A stretch of DNA of 64,000 nt from the human T2T-CHM13v2.0 reference genome, Homo sapiens. A model generated the notes under the pieces. The model did not search any database, had not been told where the DNA came from, and was given only the letters and a program-made list of their open reading frames with translations. Positions within the stretch are counted from its first letter, which is position 1; each line of letters starts with the position of its first letter. This document shows, piece after piece, positions 17,575-33,544 of this stretch. The DNA lies in the NCBI RefSeq assembly GCF_009914755.1, contig NC_060941.1. The stretch is one strand, 5' to 3'. The position numbers and the translations under genes are program-made.

Positions 17575-19215
17575 CACTAACAATAAATATCAATATTTAG
17601 ATTCTGTGAACTTTTAACAAGTGATTTGGTTTGTTTATGAATAGAGGACTATAGTGTGCTATCTAAGCAACTAGATGGAATTGTTTCAAAATATGAATGA
17701 GTATATTACATGTGATTCCTGTCTTCAAAATTTCAATAAATCTCTGTCCATCTCTTATGACAGCATATTACCCAGCATATTATTTTGCTTACATGTCTTA
17801 TCTTCTTCCTAGATTAAAAGCTCACTGAGAGTTCAAACGCTGGAGAAATATTTACCAAGCCCCTATCACTCAGTAAGTATGTCAGACATTGAAGACACAC
17901 TAGGAACAAGTTTCACCAGAAGCTTACAGACTACTGGAGGAAAATTACAAGTGAGCAGACAATTCTAAGAAGGAAGTCAATGATTATAGATGTGATAGAT
18001 ATTTGACAGAATTAATGGACAAATATTCTCAATTTAAGAGTCTGCATTTCTAAATTAAGTCCAACCACAGCCTAAAGAATCCTGAGGCATCTCCATGCGC
18101 TGGCAGCTAGCAGAGAAGAAAGCCAAATATCAAATGGGAACTAAAGCCCCTTAATAGGATTTGCCCTGATAATTTGGCATTACATAAAGCAACAAAGTAA
18201 GGGCATTCTACACTCTATTCTGGTAAAGCACAAGTAATATCTTTTAAATACATCATATGAACGATAATGTCTTTGTCATTCTTTAGCCTTAATTTAATTG
18301 TAAAGAAATGTAGCATCATGTTTTGTCCCATAAAGAGGAAAATAATCCATGCATAGTTTCATCCAATGAAAACAACTCAATATGAGGTCTATACTCCTAA
18401 ATATCTATTTCCCAATTATATTTTCCTCTTTTATTTTTGTGGATTTGGCATTAAATCCAACTTGAGTCCTGATGCAGGTCTTACACAGTGTTGCTACTGT
18501 TGTTTCTATTGGAGATGGGTCTCCACCAAAACATTGAAGGGACACTGATTCACCATGTTATGGCTTTGTCAATGACAAAATTGCAAGAATTCAATGTCAC
18601 TTCTGGTAACATTACCCAGAAAACAATGCCATAGTCTAATAAGGACAGACAAGGGCAATCAAATAATATGGAATTCAGAATCCACTTATCTAAGCACACA
18701 GTCCTGAGTATTTCAGGAAAGATACTTGGCTAAGTTAATTAACCTTTGTCATCTTTCAGAAGAACCGTTTTTACCCATATCAGTGAAAACATCCCATAAG
18801 CCCCCTTTATTGTACATTGTGCTGTAGAGCAGCCAACTCTCCTTTATTGACCACATCACTGACCCTTCCCCACCCTTCCGTGCTGGCCTGCCCCTATCTT
18901 GTTCAGCTCTTCATTCCTCCTACATGTGACTCAAAAGTGATGAATATTGACTAATCCAACTCAATCATGGTATTCCTTTTCTCCTTGAGAGGGATTGATT
19001 TAAAAAAAAAGATGCATGACTCAATTCTTACTAATGAAACATAAGGAAAGTCTGAGGGGAAACGTTTCAGGGAATGTTTTTCTTGTTACTATAAAGAACT
19101 AGAAAGCAAAGGCCCCTTTTTGCATAGGATAATGTCTGTGACCCTTGAAACTGCAGGACCCATCTTGCACATGCCAGGAAAGCTGGATGAAGACAAGGAT
19201 AATATGCTAAGAATG

Positions 19216-19521
<306 letters not shown>

Positions 19522-19666
19522 TTATATATAAATATATAAATTTTTATATATATTTATTTATATATAGATTTTAAATATATATTTTATATTTCTCTATACA
19601 ATTATCTATATATGTATATATGTATGTACATATATGTATGTGTGTATATATAGAGAGAGAGAGAGA
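19522..19666. repeat. Compound (TA)/(TATG)/(GA) microsatellite at Alu tail
   Basis: Directly visible. Confidence 0.9.
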
Positions 19667-20224
19667 ATGACAAAGCAGTTGCAAAGAACCCAAGTCCCTG
19701 AAGAATGTCTCTGACCTGAAGAATTAATCAAACCTACATTTCCCTATCAATAGGATATTTTATTGTGTCACTTAAACTTTCTTATTGAGACAGTCGTGTC
19801 ACAATTTTTTTTTCCTGAACCTAAGGGGATCCTGATACAAGTCTCTCTTTTTGTCCATTTCTAGGATGATCACTGATTCAAGATTGCAGAAGATTAAAGA
19901 CGAAGACGTGCAATGGGGAATATGTAGGAGGAAAGGGGACTTGAGTTACCATGGCAACTGAAATTCAATGTAACATCACTCCAAAAATGTTCTGTTAGTT
20001 TGGGGAGAATTTACCAAGTTAGTATCCCACAATTTGTATCATAACCCACAAGCTACCAGGCAGGAATGGGGCATAGGAGTGTCATCCTGAAGCTAGTAAT
20101 TTCATTCTAGTGGAAATCAGCAGGCTAGGAGCTGGAGTGAACCTCTGGGAAAAGTAACCAGATTCCAGTTTCATCTTTTTTCAACTTCAAGAAGCCAAAC
20201 TCTGCTTCCAGAATAAATCTGACA

Positions 20225-20537
20225 TCACAGAAAGACAAGCTTTGCATGTTCTCATTTATTTGTGGGTGCTAAAACTTAAAACAATTGAACTCATGAAGAC
20301 AGAAGGATGGCTACCAGAGGCTACAGTCAATAGTAATTACGTACACTTTAAAATAATGAAAAGAGTATCAATGGATTGTTTGTAACACAAAGAAATGAGA
20401 AACGCTTGAAGTGATGGATACCCCATGTACCCTGATGTGATTATTATGCGTTGTATGCCTTTATCAAAATATCTCGTATACCTCATAAATTTACACACCT
20501 ACCGCATACCCACAAAAATGTCCAAAAAAAAAAAAAT
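20225..20537 (+). mobile_element. L1MA (L1MA2/3-like) 3' end with internal deletion
   Basis: CAGAAAGACAAGCTTTGCATGTTCTCATTTATTTGTGGG...GGATTGTTTGTAACACAAAG...GATGGATACCCCAT...ACCCACAAAAAT plus poly-A. Confidence 0.88.
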
Positions 20538-20709
20538 AAGCTGGGTATTTGAGAACTAACTGCTTTGCTGACCTTGGTACATAATAATGGCAACTTTTAA
20601 CCAATACCCTCCATTCTCAGCCAGTATCAAGTAAGCAACAAGGTTATAAACCAAGCAATAAAAGGACAAGACCAATAAGTAATTTTGTAGTCATTTTTCA
20701 TATGAAATC

Positions 20710-21100
20710 AAGTAAATTCACACTAACAAGCCTTATGTAGTTGCCTATTGTATGATCGGCATGGTCTTAGATACTATCATTCCTTTGATTGACATAGCAT
20801 TAGGCCACAATCTCTGCCTTTTGAATTATCGTCTGAAAGAGACGAGAAAATAGGCATGTGTCAAATAATTACAGCTGGAAAGAAAGCAAAAGTATTATAG
20901 TTCAAAATATGCACAGAAGTATGAACGCAACAATGAATAAATGACGGGTCATAAAATGCAGTTGGTCAAGGAAAGATTTTGGGGGATTGAGGCATTGAAC
21001 TAGGTTGTGAATGAATTGATGACTATGAATCTAAAGACTGAAGTTACTGACTTGGGTAAGAAGATCATTTTGAGTAGGTGATTCAACAGGAGGAAAGCCA
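20710..21100 (-). mobile_element. L2 fragment, antisense
   Basis: Weak similarity (GTTGCCTATTGTATG...CAATCTCTGCCTT; GGTCAAGGAAAG...ATTGAACTAGG). Confidence 0.45.
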
Positions 21101-22119
21101 CCCAACAGAAGCAAAAGACAACTAAGGCAGCAAATACAAGCCTACAATATATCCAGGAAAGCTTAAGGAAGACTTAAGTGCCTGAAACAAAACTGGCCAC
21201 ATTTTGAACACTGAAATATGAACCCTGACATGGAACTAAGCAGCTAGTATATGCTGAGTGTACACACACATTAACCCATTAATTCTCAATACAAACACAG
21301 GAAAAAACATAGCTATGAGGGAATTAAAGGTCAACAAATTTGAGACCCTTGCCTAATCGGGAACAGCTGATAAACAGAATTCAAAATCCAATTTATTTCT
21401 CCTTGATACTAAAATTCACGTTTTCCAGAGTATCTCTGCTTTTCAAAAACATAATTATCAGAGGTCTCAAATGCCAGGAGGAAAAAATAATCTATATCAA
21501 AGATGCAAAAGAAATGTCCAGAAGTAGTACTTACTGGAGTGTGTTCACCCAGTTCACCTCCCCACTTCTTATGTAAATTATACGCAAAGCACTGCACTTT
21601 AGACGTGTTCATATTTTCCTAGACATGACAAATGGCCAGTGTAATATCATTTTGCAAAATAGTACAAGACCATTTCTTATATCTCTTCCTTATATATTAT
21701 CTCTCATGGCTTCCTAACATCTCAAAATTTCCACATTATTTGCTTATTTTTGTAAATCCAGAGGAAAAGTAGGCTCTCTAAACACCATCTTGGATTAGCC
21801 ATCACATTAACTTTCTTTAACAATTTAAGAGAAAGATTTGGTAAGGCATGTGACCGATGAAAATAAGTATATGGGAGAACTCAGCCCAGTTTATCTGCAG
21901 TCTGCCTTCAGCGCATCTAACAAGGGTTTACCTGCCCAGACATAGTTGTAATAACCCAACTCTTCAAGCCATCATACAAAAGTAAATTGGAGCAGAGGTG
22001 ATTCCCAGGAATTGAATGCATAACTTAGGGTAAAGTCACCTAGAAGTCTCCCATTAAAACTTTGTTTTCCTGGAATGAAGACATGGGATGGAGGGAGTTG
22101 GGGTACAGACGAGTGGAAA

Positions 22120-22260
22120 CATATTTGTGTGCCAAAATCTGTACTTAAATAAGTTTTTATTTCATTCTCATTTGAACCCTCTAGTTTAGGGTATTACTAC
22201 TCCCATCTTATAGATGAGAAAAATAAGTATCAGAGAAATTAATTTGTCCAAAGTCATCAG
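22120..22260 (-). mobile_element. MIR fragment
   Basis: CTCCCATCTTATAGATGAGAAAAATAAGTATCAGAGAAATTAATTTGTCCAAAGTCA. Confidence 0.75.
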
Positions 22261-22275
22261 TGAAAACCTAATTGC

Positions 22276-22403
22276 GGCTGGGTGTGGTGGCTCATGCCTG
22301 TAAGCCCAGGACTTCGGAAGGTCAAGGCAGGTGGATCGCTTGAGCCCAGAGGTTCAAGACCAGCGTGGGCAACATAGCAAGATCCTGTCTCTATAAACAA
22401 ACA
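22276..22403 (+). mobile_element. Free left Alu monomer (FLAM_C-like)
   Basis: Single arm with GATCGCTTGAGCCCAG and GGGCAACATAGCAAGA; AACCTAAT on both flanks. Confidence 0.88.
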
Positions 22404-22784
22404 TTTTTTTTAAAAGTAACCTAATCAATCTAACATCTGAGCTAACAAATCATCCAGGGAAGAACTTTGAGAACTTTTACCCAAAGTAATAGAATATATG
22501 GAATATACCTTTCATTTTGTTACATTTCCAGGAAGAGTAATATATGAGTTAATCGAGGTAGTTTTTAAAACCTGAAACTTTATAACAATAACAGAGTGTT
22601 ATCTTAAAATAGTCTCGTCTTATTTAAGATCTACTATGTACTTGACTTGGTGCTGAAAACGGGATTCAAAACGCCCTGATGAGATCTAACCTCTCATTTT
22701 TCTCTAGGCCGGTCAAACCCACAGCATGCATATGAAGGTTGAAACCAAAAAAGCACTAACCATAGAGTTCAGGTTTACAATGTT

Positions 22785-22807
22785 AAAAAAAAAAAAAAAA
22801 AAAAAAA
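22785..22807. repeat. A23 homopolymer
   Basis: Directly visible; no attached retroelement recognised. Confidence 0.9.
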
Positions 22808-23749
22808 TCCTGGTATTTACATATGATTCACATCAAATGAATAAATGACATGAATTCGCATCATTTTTCTTAGTTAACAGCTTAACCACTTGATTCTAGG
22901 GTTGCACCAGTTTACCGGGGATAGACTTAAGAAAACCTAGGCCAGAAAGCTACTGGTTTCACATCAAACTCCAGGAGTAATTAGAAAGAGAGCAAACAGA
23001 AGCATTTGGTTTTCAGGAAACAATTTCTGGTCTGTCCCATTTGCACACGCAAGAGGCAGCAAAACTGCATCTTACGGAGATCTGACTGGGGGAAAAAGGT
23101 GGCGAAAGGTGGGTGGAGAATCAGGAAAAAGGCAGTCTGGATATGAGACCCCCTGCAGTCAGCCAGATTCAATTGCTAAGTCTCAGGAAACCCTGAACTA
23201 TTTCTCCTGGAAATTAAACTGAGATTTGAAACTAATGAGGGGCCAAAGTATAGAAGAGTGTTGGATAGCATGTGCAGCTAATTATTTCATTCAGGGAGCC
23301 AAAGGGACCTTGGGACATTTCCATACAGCCTATAAACTAGAGAAATTAATCCTAAAAGCTTAGAGGAAAAAATTAGGTTCCCATCATGAAAGTGCAGATT
23401 TTGAATTTGTTGATAATTTCACCTCACCTTCCTAGGAGGTTACACTAAGACCAGGTAGAAAATTTCATTCTCAATTAAGATCAATCTGGCTCTCTAGTGA
23501 AAATTTGGCTGGGAACAGAAGGAGTGCTGGAGTGCTCTAATGAGGTAAGTCCTAGGCTGCTGTAATATCTTCACCTAAGAATTCAGTGTTCTATGGGTGC
23601 AATGTTGTTTGCATAGGGGAATTCTTTCATAAGAAGGGGAAGGGAGTCAATACATGTCATCAGGAATCATGCTATCTAGTCATTCAAGTTACTAGGTTTA
23701 GGCACTCTGTATACAGGGTCCTATCTTGCTACTTCAATAAGGGTTAGAA

Positions 23750-24128
<379 letters not shown>

Positions 24129-24177
24129 TTAGGTGCTATCTACAATACATGACATAACTCTCTGAAACATAAAATTA

Positions 24178-25577
<1,400 letters not shown>

Positions 25578-25587
25578 TAGCTTGTCC

Positions 25588-26065
<478 letters not shown>

Positions 26066-26342
26066 ACCTGATTTATAAAGCATCAAACATCTGGGAATAT
26101 GGTAAACTTTGAAGGATTGTTACAAATCTCCTTCCCAATAAGCATTAACATGTAGAAGAGCCTAAATCTAAAGGAGCACAAAAAGGTAGATGACAATGCT
26201 ATAAACACTTAATTTTTTAAAAGTGATTTTGTATACTACATGTGCCAATGGGGCAGTCAATATATACACCTAGTACAAAAAAGCAATCAGCAGTTGCTAG
26301 CTACTGTTATCAACAGCATCATAGTGTATGGGCTATCCAGAG

Positions 26343-26673
26343 CAAGGCTGTGCCAACATTTTATGTGAAGAGACAAATAGCAAATATTTTAGTTTCTGTG
26401 GGCTTATAGTCACTGTGACCACTGTTCAACTCTGCAATCGTGGTGTAAAAGCAGCCATAGACAGTACATAAATGAATGAGTATGGCTGTGTGCCAATGGA
26501 ACTTTATTTATGGAGACTGCCATTTGAATTTCATATAATTTTTACATGCCATAAAATATTTTGTTTTTTTCCTCCAACCATTTAAAAATGTAAAAACTAT
26601 TCTTAGCTTGCGGCCATACAGAAACAGGCTGCGGGCCTAATTTGGCCCACGGACTTTAGTTTGTCAGCTGGTG
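26343..26673. mobile_element. MER58B (hAT-Charlie)
   Basis: AAAAGCAGCCATAGACAG...ACTTTATTTATGGA...CAACCATTTAAAAATGTAAAAAC...TTTGGCCCACGG; 8-bp TSD ATCCAGAG/GTCTAGAG. Confidence 0.9.
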
Positions 26674-28505
26674 GTCTAGAGTCTAGGTTGTTATTCATGG
26701 AACAGTCTGCAAAGAAATTATTGGATTTGGGTGTGGGGTGATCCAATAATCATCCAATGTCCACACACAGCCAAGAGTGGACATTTTCTGTGTCAGAAGA
26801 AGACATAGAAAATTTTAGACATAGAAATTCATATTTTTACTGAACCATTGTACTCTTTTGACATTAGCTAAATTCTACCTGCTAGTCACAGGGTCAGCAT
26901 TGGTGAGTGGCTGGTCCCCCATGATGCCATGGGCATGGTACACCTGCCACCGAAAAAGAAATCTTTGCCATCTCTAAGGGCTTTCCCAACCCCGGCTGTA
27001 AAGAACATCTGATTTTCAGCATAATGTAAATCCCAGCTTTGCCTGCCAGTAAATTCATGTACATCATGTTAACATCAGGTTTATATTAAACATTTACATT
27101 AAGAATTGGAGTGGAAGATTAAATTGTTTGCATGCATTGCCGTCACAGAAGGAATGGCCTCATCATCCTCCCTGCCCATGGTGCTGAGTGCCAGCAGACT
27201 AATGATCAGACAGTTACCCATCAGAAAGGCAGGTGAGACACTGATGCACAATCCTTGTCAAAGCTGGGCAGCCTCTGTCCACTCTGCCTGTGCCCTTGGC
27301 AATTATCAGCAAGCTATGAGCTATACTACCATCCCCTGCCAAGTGAGGTTTAATTTATGACACCAAGGATAATGATTCACTCCAACGCAATACTCAGAAT
27401 TACTGTCTTTTCCTCTGAATTAGAATTCTTCTACCTACAAAATGACGTGCTTTTTAGTATTTTGATTCAAATCAGTCATGATCATGCTGGATGTTGTAGG
27501 GTTGAAAACATTTGGTTGTGCAACTTGAATATTCTGCAAGAGATTAAGCTGGGGATAGACTAAAGGTGGTTCTAAGTCCAGTCTCTAAGGAGCACTGCTG
27601 TCCTTTCTCTCTGAAATTCAGATCCAGAGAGAAAGAGAAGACTCTAAGAGGAACTCAGGTCTGCAGGTTTTCCTGGGCCAGTTCTCCCTGCCATGAATAT
27701 GAAGAGTTGCCCAGGACACTCTAACTAGCAAATAGTCTGCAGAACAAATGTTTTTGTGGGGGAGAAAAAACCAACAACCATGGACGCCAAGTCAAGTGGC
27801 TAGAGAAGAGTGATGTTGTTAAAGTGTATGATTCATTAAGTCTTGTCTGCGTGTCAGATGTTCAGCATTTGGTGCTATTGCCTCCAATTTAAATCATTTT
27901 TTAAAGAAGTGCCGAAAAAGGTGCTGAAAGGCACCTCACTCTGTTCCCGCACTTGAAAAACACTGTCTGCCTGTGCACTGTGGTAAAACTTTGCATTTTG
28001 GCTAGACACCCTGTGTGGAGCTGTGCTGAAGCTGGAGGGTTTCTTTTTTTTTTTTTCTTTTTTTTTTTTTTTAAGTTTGTACAGTCACCCAAAGGCAGGA
28101 AGAGAAAACAGTGTTTCCCCAAGCCAAAGATCCCTCCTGATGGCATCTGTGAAATAGAGAGAGAAAGTGCTGCTATAGTGAGCCTTCCCCTGCAGTGAGA
28201 AACCCTACCACAAGTTTCCATGTAGTGACTGCCTGCACGTAAGAGCTGCCTCCCAGTGCTTTTCTGCTGGGAGTCCTTCTCTCCTAGAATTCTTTTCAGA
28301 ACCCCTGGAATGTCAAGAGCTGCTGATCGTGGTTTATCATCACCAGTTACAAGTAAGGCTAGCATTGATATCTCACCTTGGATTGTTGTCAGTACCCAAT
28401 GACCTCACGGAGACTCAATGTGTTGGTTCCTCGACACCCCCTAAATGCTTCTAGGGGTGTAGCTGCCGCTTCCTCCTCACACAAAAAGGGGTGACGCATG
28501 TCTCA

Positions 28506-28838
28506 AGGATGAATCTTGCGAACATGATGCTAAATGAAATAAGTCACGAAAGGAGAAATAGTATATGATTCCACTTATATGAGATACTGAGAGTAGACAA
28601 ATCTATAGAGATAGAAACTAGAGTGGTGGCTGCCAGGGGCTGAGGGAAGAGAGATAGGTAATTAGTGTTTAGTGAGTACAGAATTTCAGTTTTATAAGAT
28701 GAAAAGCATTCTGGAGATGAATAGTCGTGATGGTTGCACAACAATGTAAATGTACTTAATTCCATTAAATTCTACACTTAAAAATTGTTAAGATGATAAA
28801 TTTATGGTGTGTATATTGTACCACAGTTAAAAAAAAAA
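28506..28838 (+). mobile_element. L1MB 3' end
   Basis: TATATGATTCCACTTATATGAG...GGCTGCCAGGGGCTG...TTCTGGAGATG...GGTTGCACAACAATGT...TACCACAG plus A tail. Confidence 0.9.
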
Positions 28839-29193
28839 GATGGTGCAGGTCAGAAAGCGGTCAGGAAAGTCCCAGTTAAGACTCCAAGGACTTCCCCAGG
28901 TTAGTGTGACTTGGCATTCATGAATAAAATGTGGCTTTCTGGGTATTAATCTGAGATCTGGGCCTCCATATTCTCAAGCACTGTATGACAGGCATGTTAT
29001 GAATTTCATCAGAACTGCAATTCCTGCTGATAGAAACTTCCCCGGCTCCTCAGGCGCTTGCTGACCCAGGCCTTTAGCAGTAGCTATAAGATGCTTAAGA
29101 TTTACCTAAAAATGAAGGTGATGGTGTTTCCTCCAATTCAAAGAGAATACAGCAGGTGGTAGGCTAGGGCTGAAGCTTGGTTGGGGAGAGCAG

Positions 29194-29546
29194 TGTATTA
29201 GTCCATTCTCACACTGCTATGAAGCAATACCCGAGACTGGGTAATTTATAAAGGAAAGAAGTTTAATTGACTTGCAGTTCTGCAGGGCTGGGGAGGCCTC
29301 AGGAAACTTACAATCTGGCAGAAGGGGAAGCAAACACATCCTTCACATGGCAGCAGCACAGAGAAGTGCAGAGTGAAGGGGGGAAATGCCTCTTATAAAA
29401 CCATCAGTTCTCATGAGAACTCACTATCATGAGAACAGCCCCCATGATCTAGTCACCTCCCATGGAGTCCCTCCCACAACACTTGGGGATTATGGGAACT
29501 ATAATTCAAAATGAGATTTGGGTAGGGACATAGTCAAACCATATCA
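29194..29546 (-). mobile_element. THE1 (C/D-like) solo LTR
   Basis: TGTATTAGTCCATTCTCAC...AAACCATATCA with TG..CA ends; TSD AGCAG/AGTAG. Confidence 0.93.
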
Positions 29547-29602
29547 AGTAGGTAGACACAGACAGGTAAAAATTCACCTATTTGAAATATAATTGCACCA
29601 AG

Positions 29603-30402
29603 GACATAAACAGACTCTTTTCAAAAGAAGATATACACGTGTCAAACAATCATATGAAAAAAGCTCAATATCACTGAACATTAGAGAAATGCAAATCAAA
29701 ACCACAATGAGATACCATCTAATACTGGTCTGAATGACTATTATTAAAAAGTCAAAAAATAACTGATGCTGGCAAGGTTATGGAGAAACAGGAATGCTTA
29801 TCCACTGTTGGTAGGAGTGTAAATTAGTTCAACCATTATGGAAGACAGTGTGGTGATTCCTCAAAGACCTAAAGACAAAAATTGAACCAGCATTTGACCC
29901 AGCAATCCCATTACTGGGTATATACCCAAAGGAATATAAATCATTCTGTTATAAAGACATCACTATTCACAATAGCAAAGACATGGAATCAACATAAATG
30001 CCCACCAAAGACAGACTGGATAAAGAAACAGTGGTATGTATACACAATGGAATACAGCACAGCCATAAAAACGAATGAGATCATGCCCTTTGCAGGGACA
30101 TGGATAGAACTGGAGGTCGTTATCCTTAGCAAACTAACACAGGAACAGAAAACCAAATGCTGCGTGTTCTCATTTATAAGTGGGAGCTAAATGATGAGAA
30201 CACATGGACACAGAAGAATAAAACTCACTGGAGCCTTTTGGAGGGTGGAGAGTGGGAGGAGGGAGAGGATCAGGAAAGATGACCAAAGGGTACAAGGCTT
30301 AATACCTTGGTCATAAAATAATTTGTACCACAAACCCCCATGTGTCAAATTCATCCATGAAACAAGCCTGCACTTGCACCCCTGAACTTAAAGGTTAAAA
30401 AA
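29603..30402 (+). mobile_element. 5'-truncated L1PA (about L1PA13-15): ORF2 C-terminus and 3'UTR
   Basis: ORF 29882-30190 has the L1 ORF2 tail LFTIAKTWNQ..CP...DWIKK.W..YTMEY; 16-bp TSD ATATAATT(G/A)CACCAAG at 29587-29602 and 30408-30423. Confidence 0.95.
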
Positions 30403-32654
30403 TGTATATATAATTACACCAAGAAATAGTAACGATGCATAATTTAACAATGCATAGATTTCCAAATATTTTCACAAATATGAATTCATAGTCCTCACAT
30501 CAAACCTGTAATTAATGGCCACCATTGAGGTCCTGTGATGTTCTAAGCATCATGTTTGCATTGTTTCATCTTCCATCTAGAGTAAGAGGCTCAGAGAAGT
30601 CAAGGCCATTTAACCAGCAAGTGAAAGAGATATGATTCTAAGACACGGTTGTTCAGTGGTGATGGTGGTGGTGATTTTTGTGGGTTTTTTGCTTTTGTAT
30701 TTGTTTTGTAAGCTCTAAATCTGGCACTTTGCCTTTTTCTGTAATATAGGAGTCAAAAAGGAAAGGAAAGGAGGATGAAACCCTAGAGGTCTCTAGGTGA
30801 TGAATCGATTTTAGGCTTTCAAAAAAGCTGTATTAGCATCGCGTTCATTCCCATCTCTCCAAGGCTTTGGAAAACATCCTTTTCAGTAAGGAATCAAAAT
30901 CAAGTCCCCTAAATAAAGCACTGGTAGTATGAAACACTGAGACATATTTTTAGTCTCACTGTGTCCGTTTTGTAGCAGCATAACATATGTGTTGAGCAAA
31001 AATATACACAATATTTAAAAACAACAAAACAATCACCATTATTCTCGCCATCTGATGGCCAGTCGCTGTGATGATTTGTTCTTTAGGTCAGCTTCTGTGT
31101 GCCATCATCTAAAGAGCAAACTGCTTCACATACCTACCCTACCTTCCCTCCTACCCTGAGTGCAGATGCTCACCTACCCTCATCTTTCCTGCAGAATGAC
31201 TATGGACAGATATCCCTAAATCACAGACTCGCTAAACAAGGAGCCTCAGAGCAGACCTCTGCAGGGCTGATCTTAATCCTTTCCAGACAAATGAGATATG
31301 ATTTCAAAAAATATTCAGGAAATGTGAATTCTCTTCCTACCTTGGTGACTTGTGTTGAAGTTTTACGTATATAATCAGAAAAACTTCGCTTATTATTACT
31401 GTCAGGTTCATCCTGCTGCAATTTCACCTCCTTAAAAAAAGTGGTGTCCAATTGTATGGAAACCCTTTGAACATAAAAATGAATTTGTAAACAAACATAC
31501 TGAGCCGTGGTAGTTAACTCACAGAATAAAGCCATAGTCTGCGAAAGAACAAAGTGTAGGGAGTCTTTTAATGACTCATCCTAATATGTTTAAAATATGA
31601 TTCAGTACAGAAATATTTGTGATATAGAAGACATAATAGGGGCACAATTATTGAATCAGTTTCGAGACTTGGGCACATCTGAATATATGTAGACAATGCC
31701 TTCTTCGTGTCAGTTTCATGTATCTGTCCCTATCACATGTTGTGCCAGCAAAGGAAATTTCCTAGCTATATCCACATTGATGAAGCTTTGCTGTCTGTAT
31801 GAATCTGCATCTGCCCATGAATGAGTCCATTTCAAGCACATGTACGTGTCTGTGCATGGGTAGAAAGATAAGCTTAGCAATTGTGTGATTTGTTTCTGCT
31901 TAGGCAGTAAGTTACTAATCTCCTGATTGGAACCAGATTTGTATGAATTAGGGGTTGAAATTGGAACAGTCACTGCTGTGTGCAGGATGTAAAGTGAATA
32001 AAATGAATGGAGTATTAACCTTCAACCACTGAATATTAATCAGCTTTTCATAAGAAAGAAAACACAGAGCTTGCCACACTAAATATTTTCAGCGCTTATT
32101 GACAGGATATGATTTCTTTTCTCTCTCAGCCCTGTTACTTCCAGTCAAGGGCCTGAAAATACCGGACAATAGTCAACTTGACACAGATTAATATATGATT
32201 TGAAAAACCCCAGGTACTGAGGGTGGGTAGGATTCTGAATGTGTCAAATCTGATGAAATGATATGCCTTTATCAAAAGTGAGCCTGTCTTCCAGTCACTC
32301 CTGCAAACACTCCTTTGGGCCAAACTAAGCCCAAAGGGAATTCACAGAAAGACCGTGGATGGGAAACCTTGATGACCACAAAACAAACATGTAAGAAGAA
32401 TATATTTTCCATTGCCATAGAAAGGACTTGCAATTAGGAAGTGATTCTGTTTGGGTATTTGGATGAGACCTACATCCATTCCAAGGGGAATTAAGAAAAG
32501 AGTCATGTAATAATGGAATCTGAGTGAAAATAAAACTTGTAATATTGCAGTTACTTGTGCAATACTTATGTAATATTGCAATTGCTTTTGTTCAAGAATG
32601 CAAAGTCTTGTATTTATGTCCATATAATAACATGGCATATATTATATAGACTTT

Positions 32655-32658
<4 letters not shown>

Positions 32659-32746
<88 letters not shown>
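32659..32746. repeat. Compound microsatellite (TA)16(GA)~28
   Basis: Directly visible; one interruption in the GA run. Confidence 0.98.
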
Positions 32747-33544
32747 CAGAAATATGTCTCTGTAGGTAGAAATATGGACAAATAGAAATATACATAAAGT
32801 ATATCTTTATGCATGTTTTATGTATGTTATATCATCAAAGAAGGCAGTAAATTTTTGCTCCTGCAGATATTTTGAAGCAGCAGATATTATATGCTAACAT
32901 TATCTGTATCTATAAAGCTACTTGCACAATACTACAAAGAGTACATTTCATGTGGCTAGGATTAAATTGTAATTGAATTCAACTTTTAAAACTAAGAAAG
33001 GGAAAAGGGAGAAGAAAAGGATTTCTTCTATACCCAGCTCATGCAAATTGTTTTCAAATATTTTCTCAAATGTTTAAGAAATTCAGTTTTTTCTTAAACT
33101 GAATTTTTATTTAAAAAGCTATACTTTTTAAAAGCTATTTTAAAAGCTATACTTCAAATGAAGACAATGTATGTTTCAATAGCATTTTATTATTTATAAA
33201 TCAGGAGGTACTTCTCAACCTCAAACATATCAGACCAATGTTAAGTAATGACTGTTTTTCCCTTTGGAAAAAGTCTCTCATTTTGTTTTTCTCTATGGAA
33301 AACTTCTCCCTCTATGCTACCTAGCTTAGAACCCCACTGCCCTCATGTGCTCTTGCCAAAAATTTCTAACCCCTGACCATCTCAAACACTGAAGTAATTA
33401 ATCTCCCATGTAATTTCTCATGTAGCAATTTAAAAAAAAATCATCATACTCCTTTTAGCTGGTAGTAATACCGGAAATCCACCCATTAGGCTAATTCCAC
33501 AAAGGTGTTAGTGACTGATAATGGCTTAATACACCCTGTAGGAT

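Noticed and set aside
27919-27936. Small GAAA-tetraloop hairpin AGGTGCT-GAAA-GGCACCT
   Set aside because: A 7-bp stem is expected by chance, and intrinsic terminators are not relevant in primate DNA.
27901-28365. Longest ORF in the window (154 aa, minus strand)
   Set aside because: Runs through a poly-T tract (poly-Lys) and resembles no protein I recognise.
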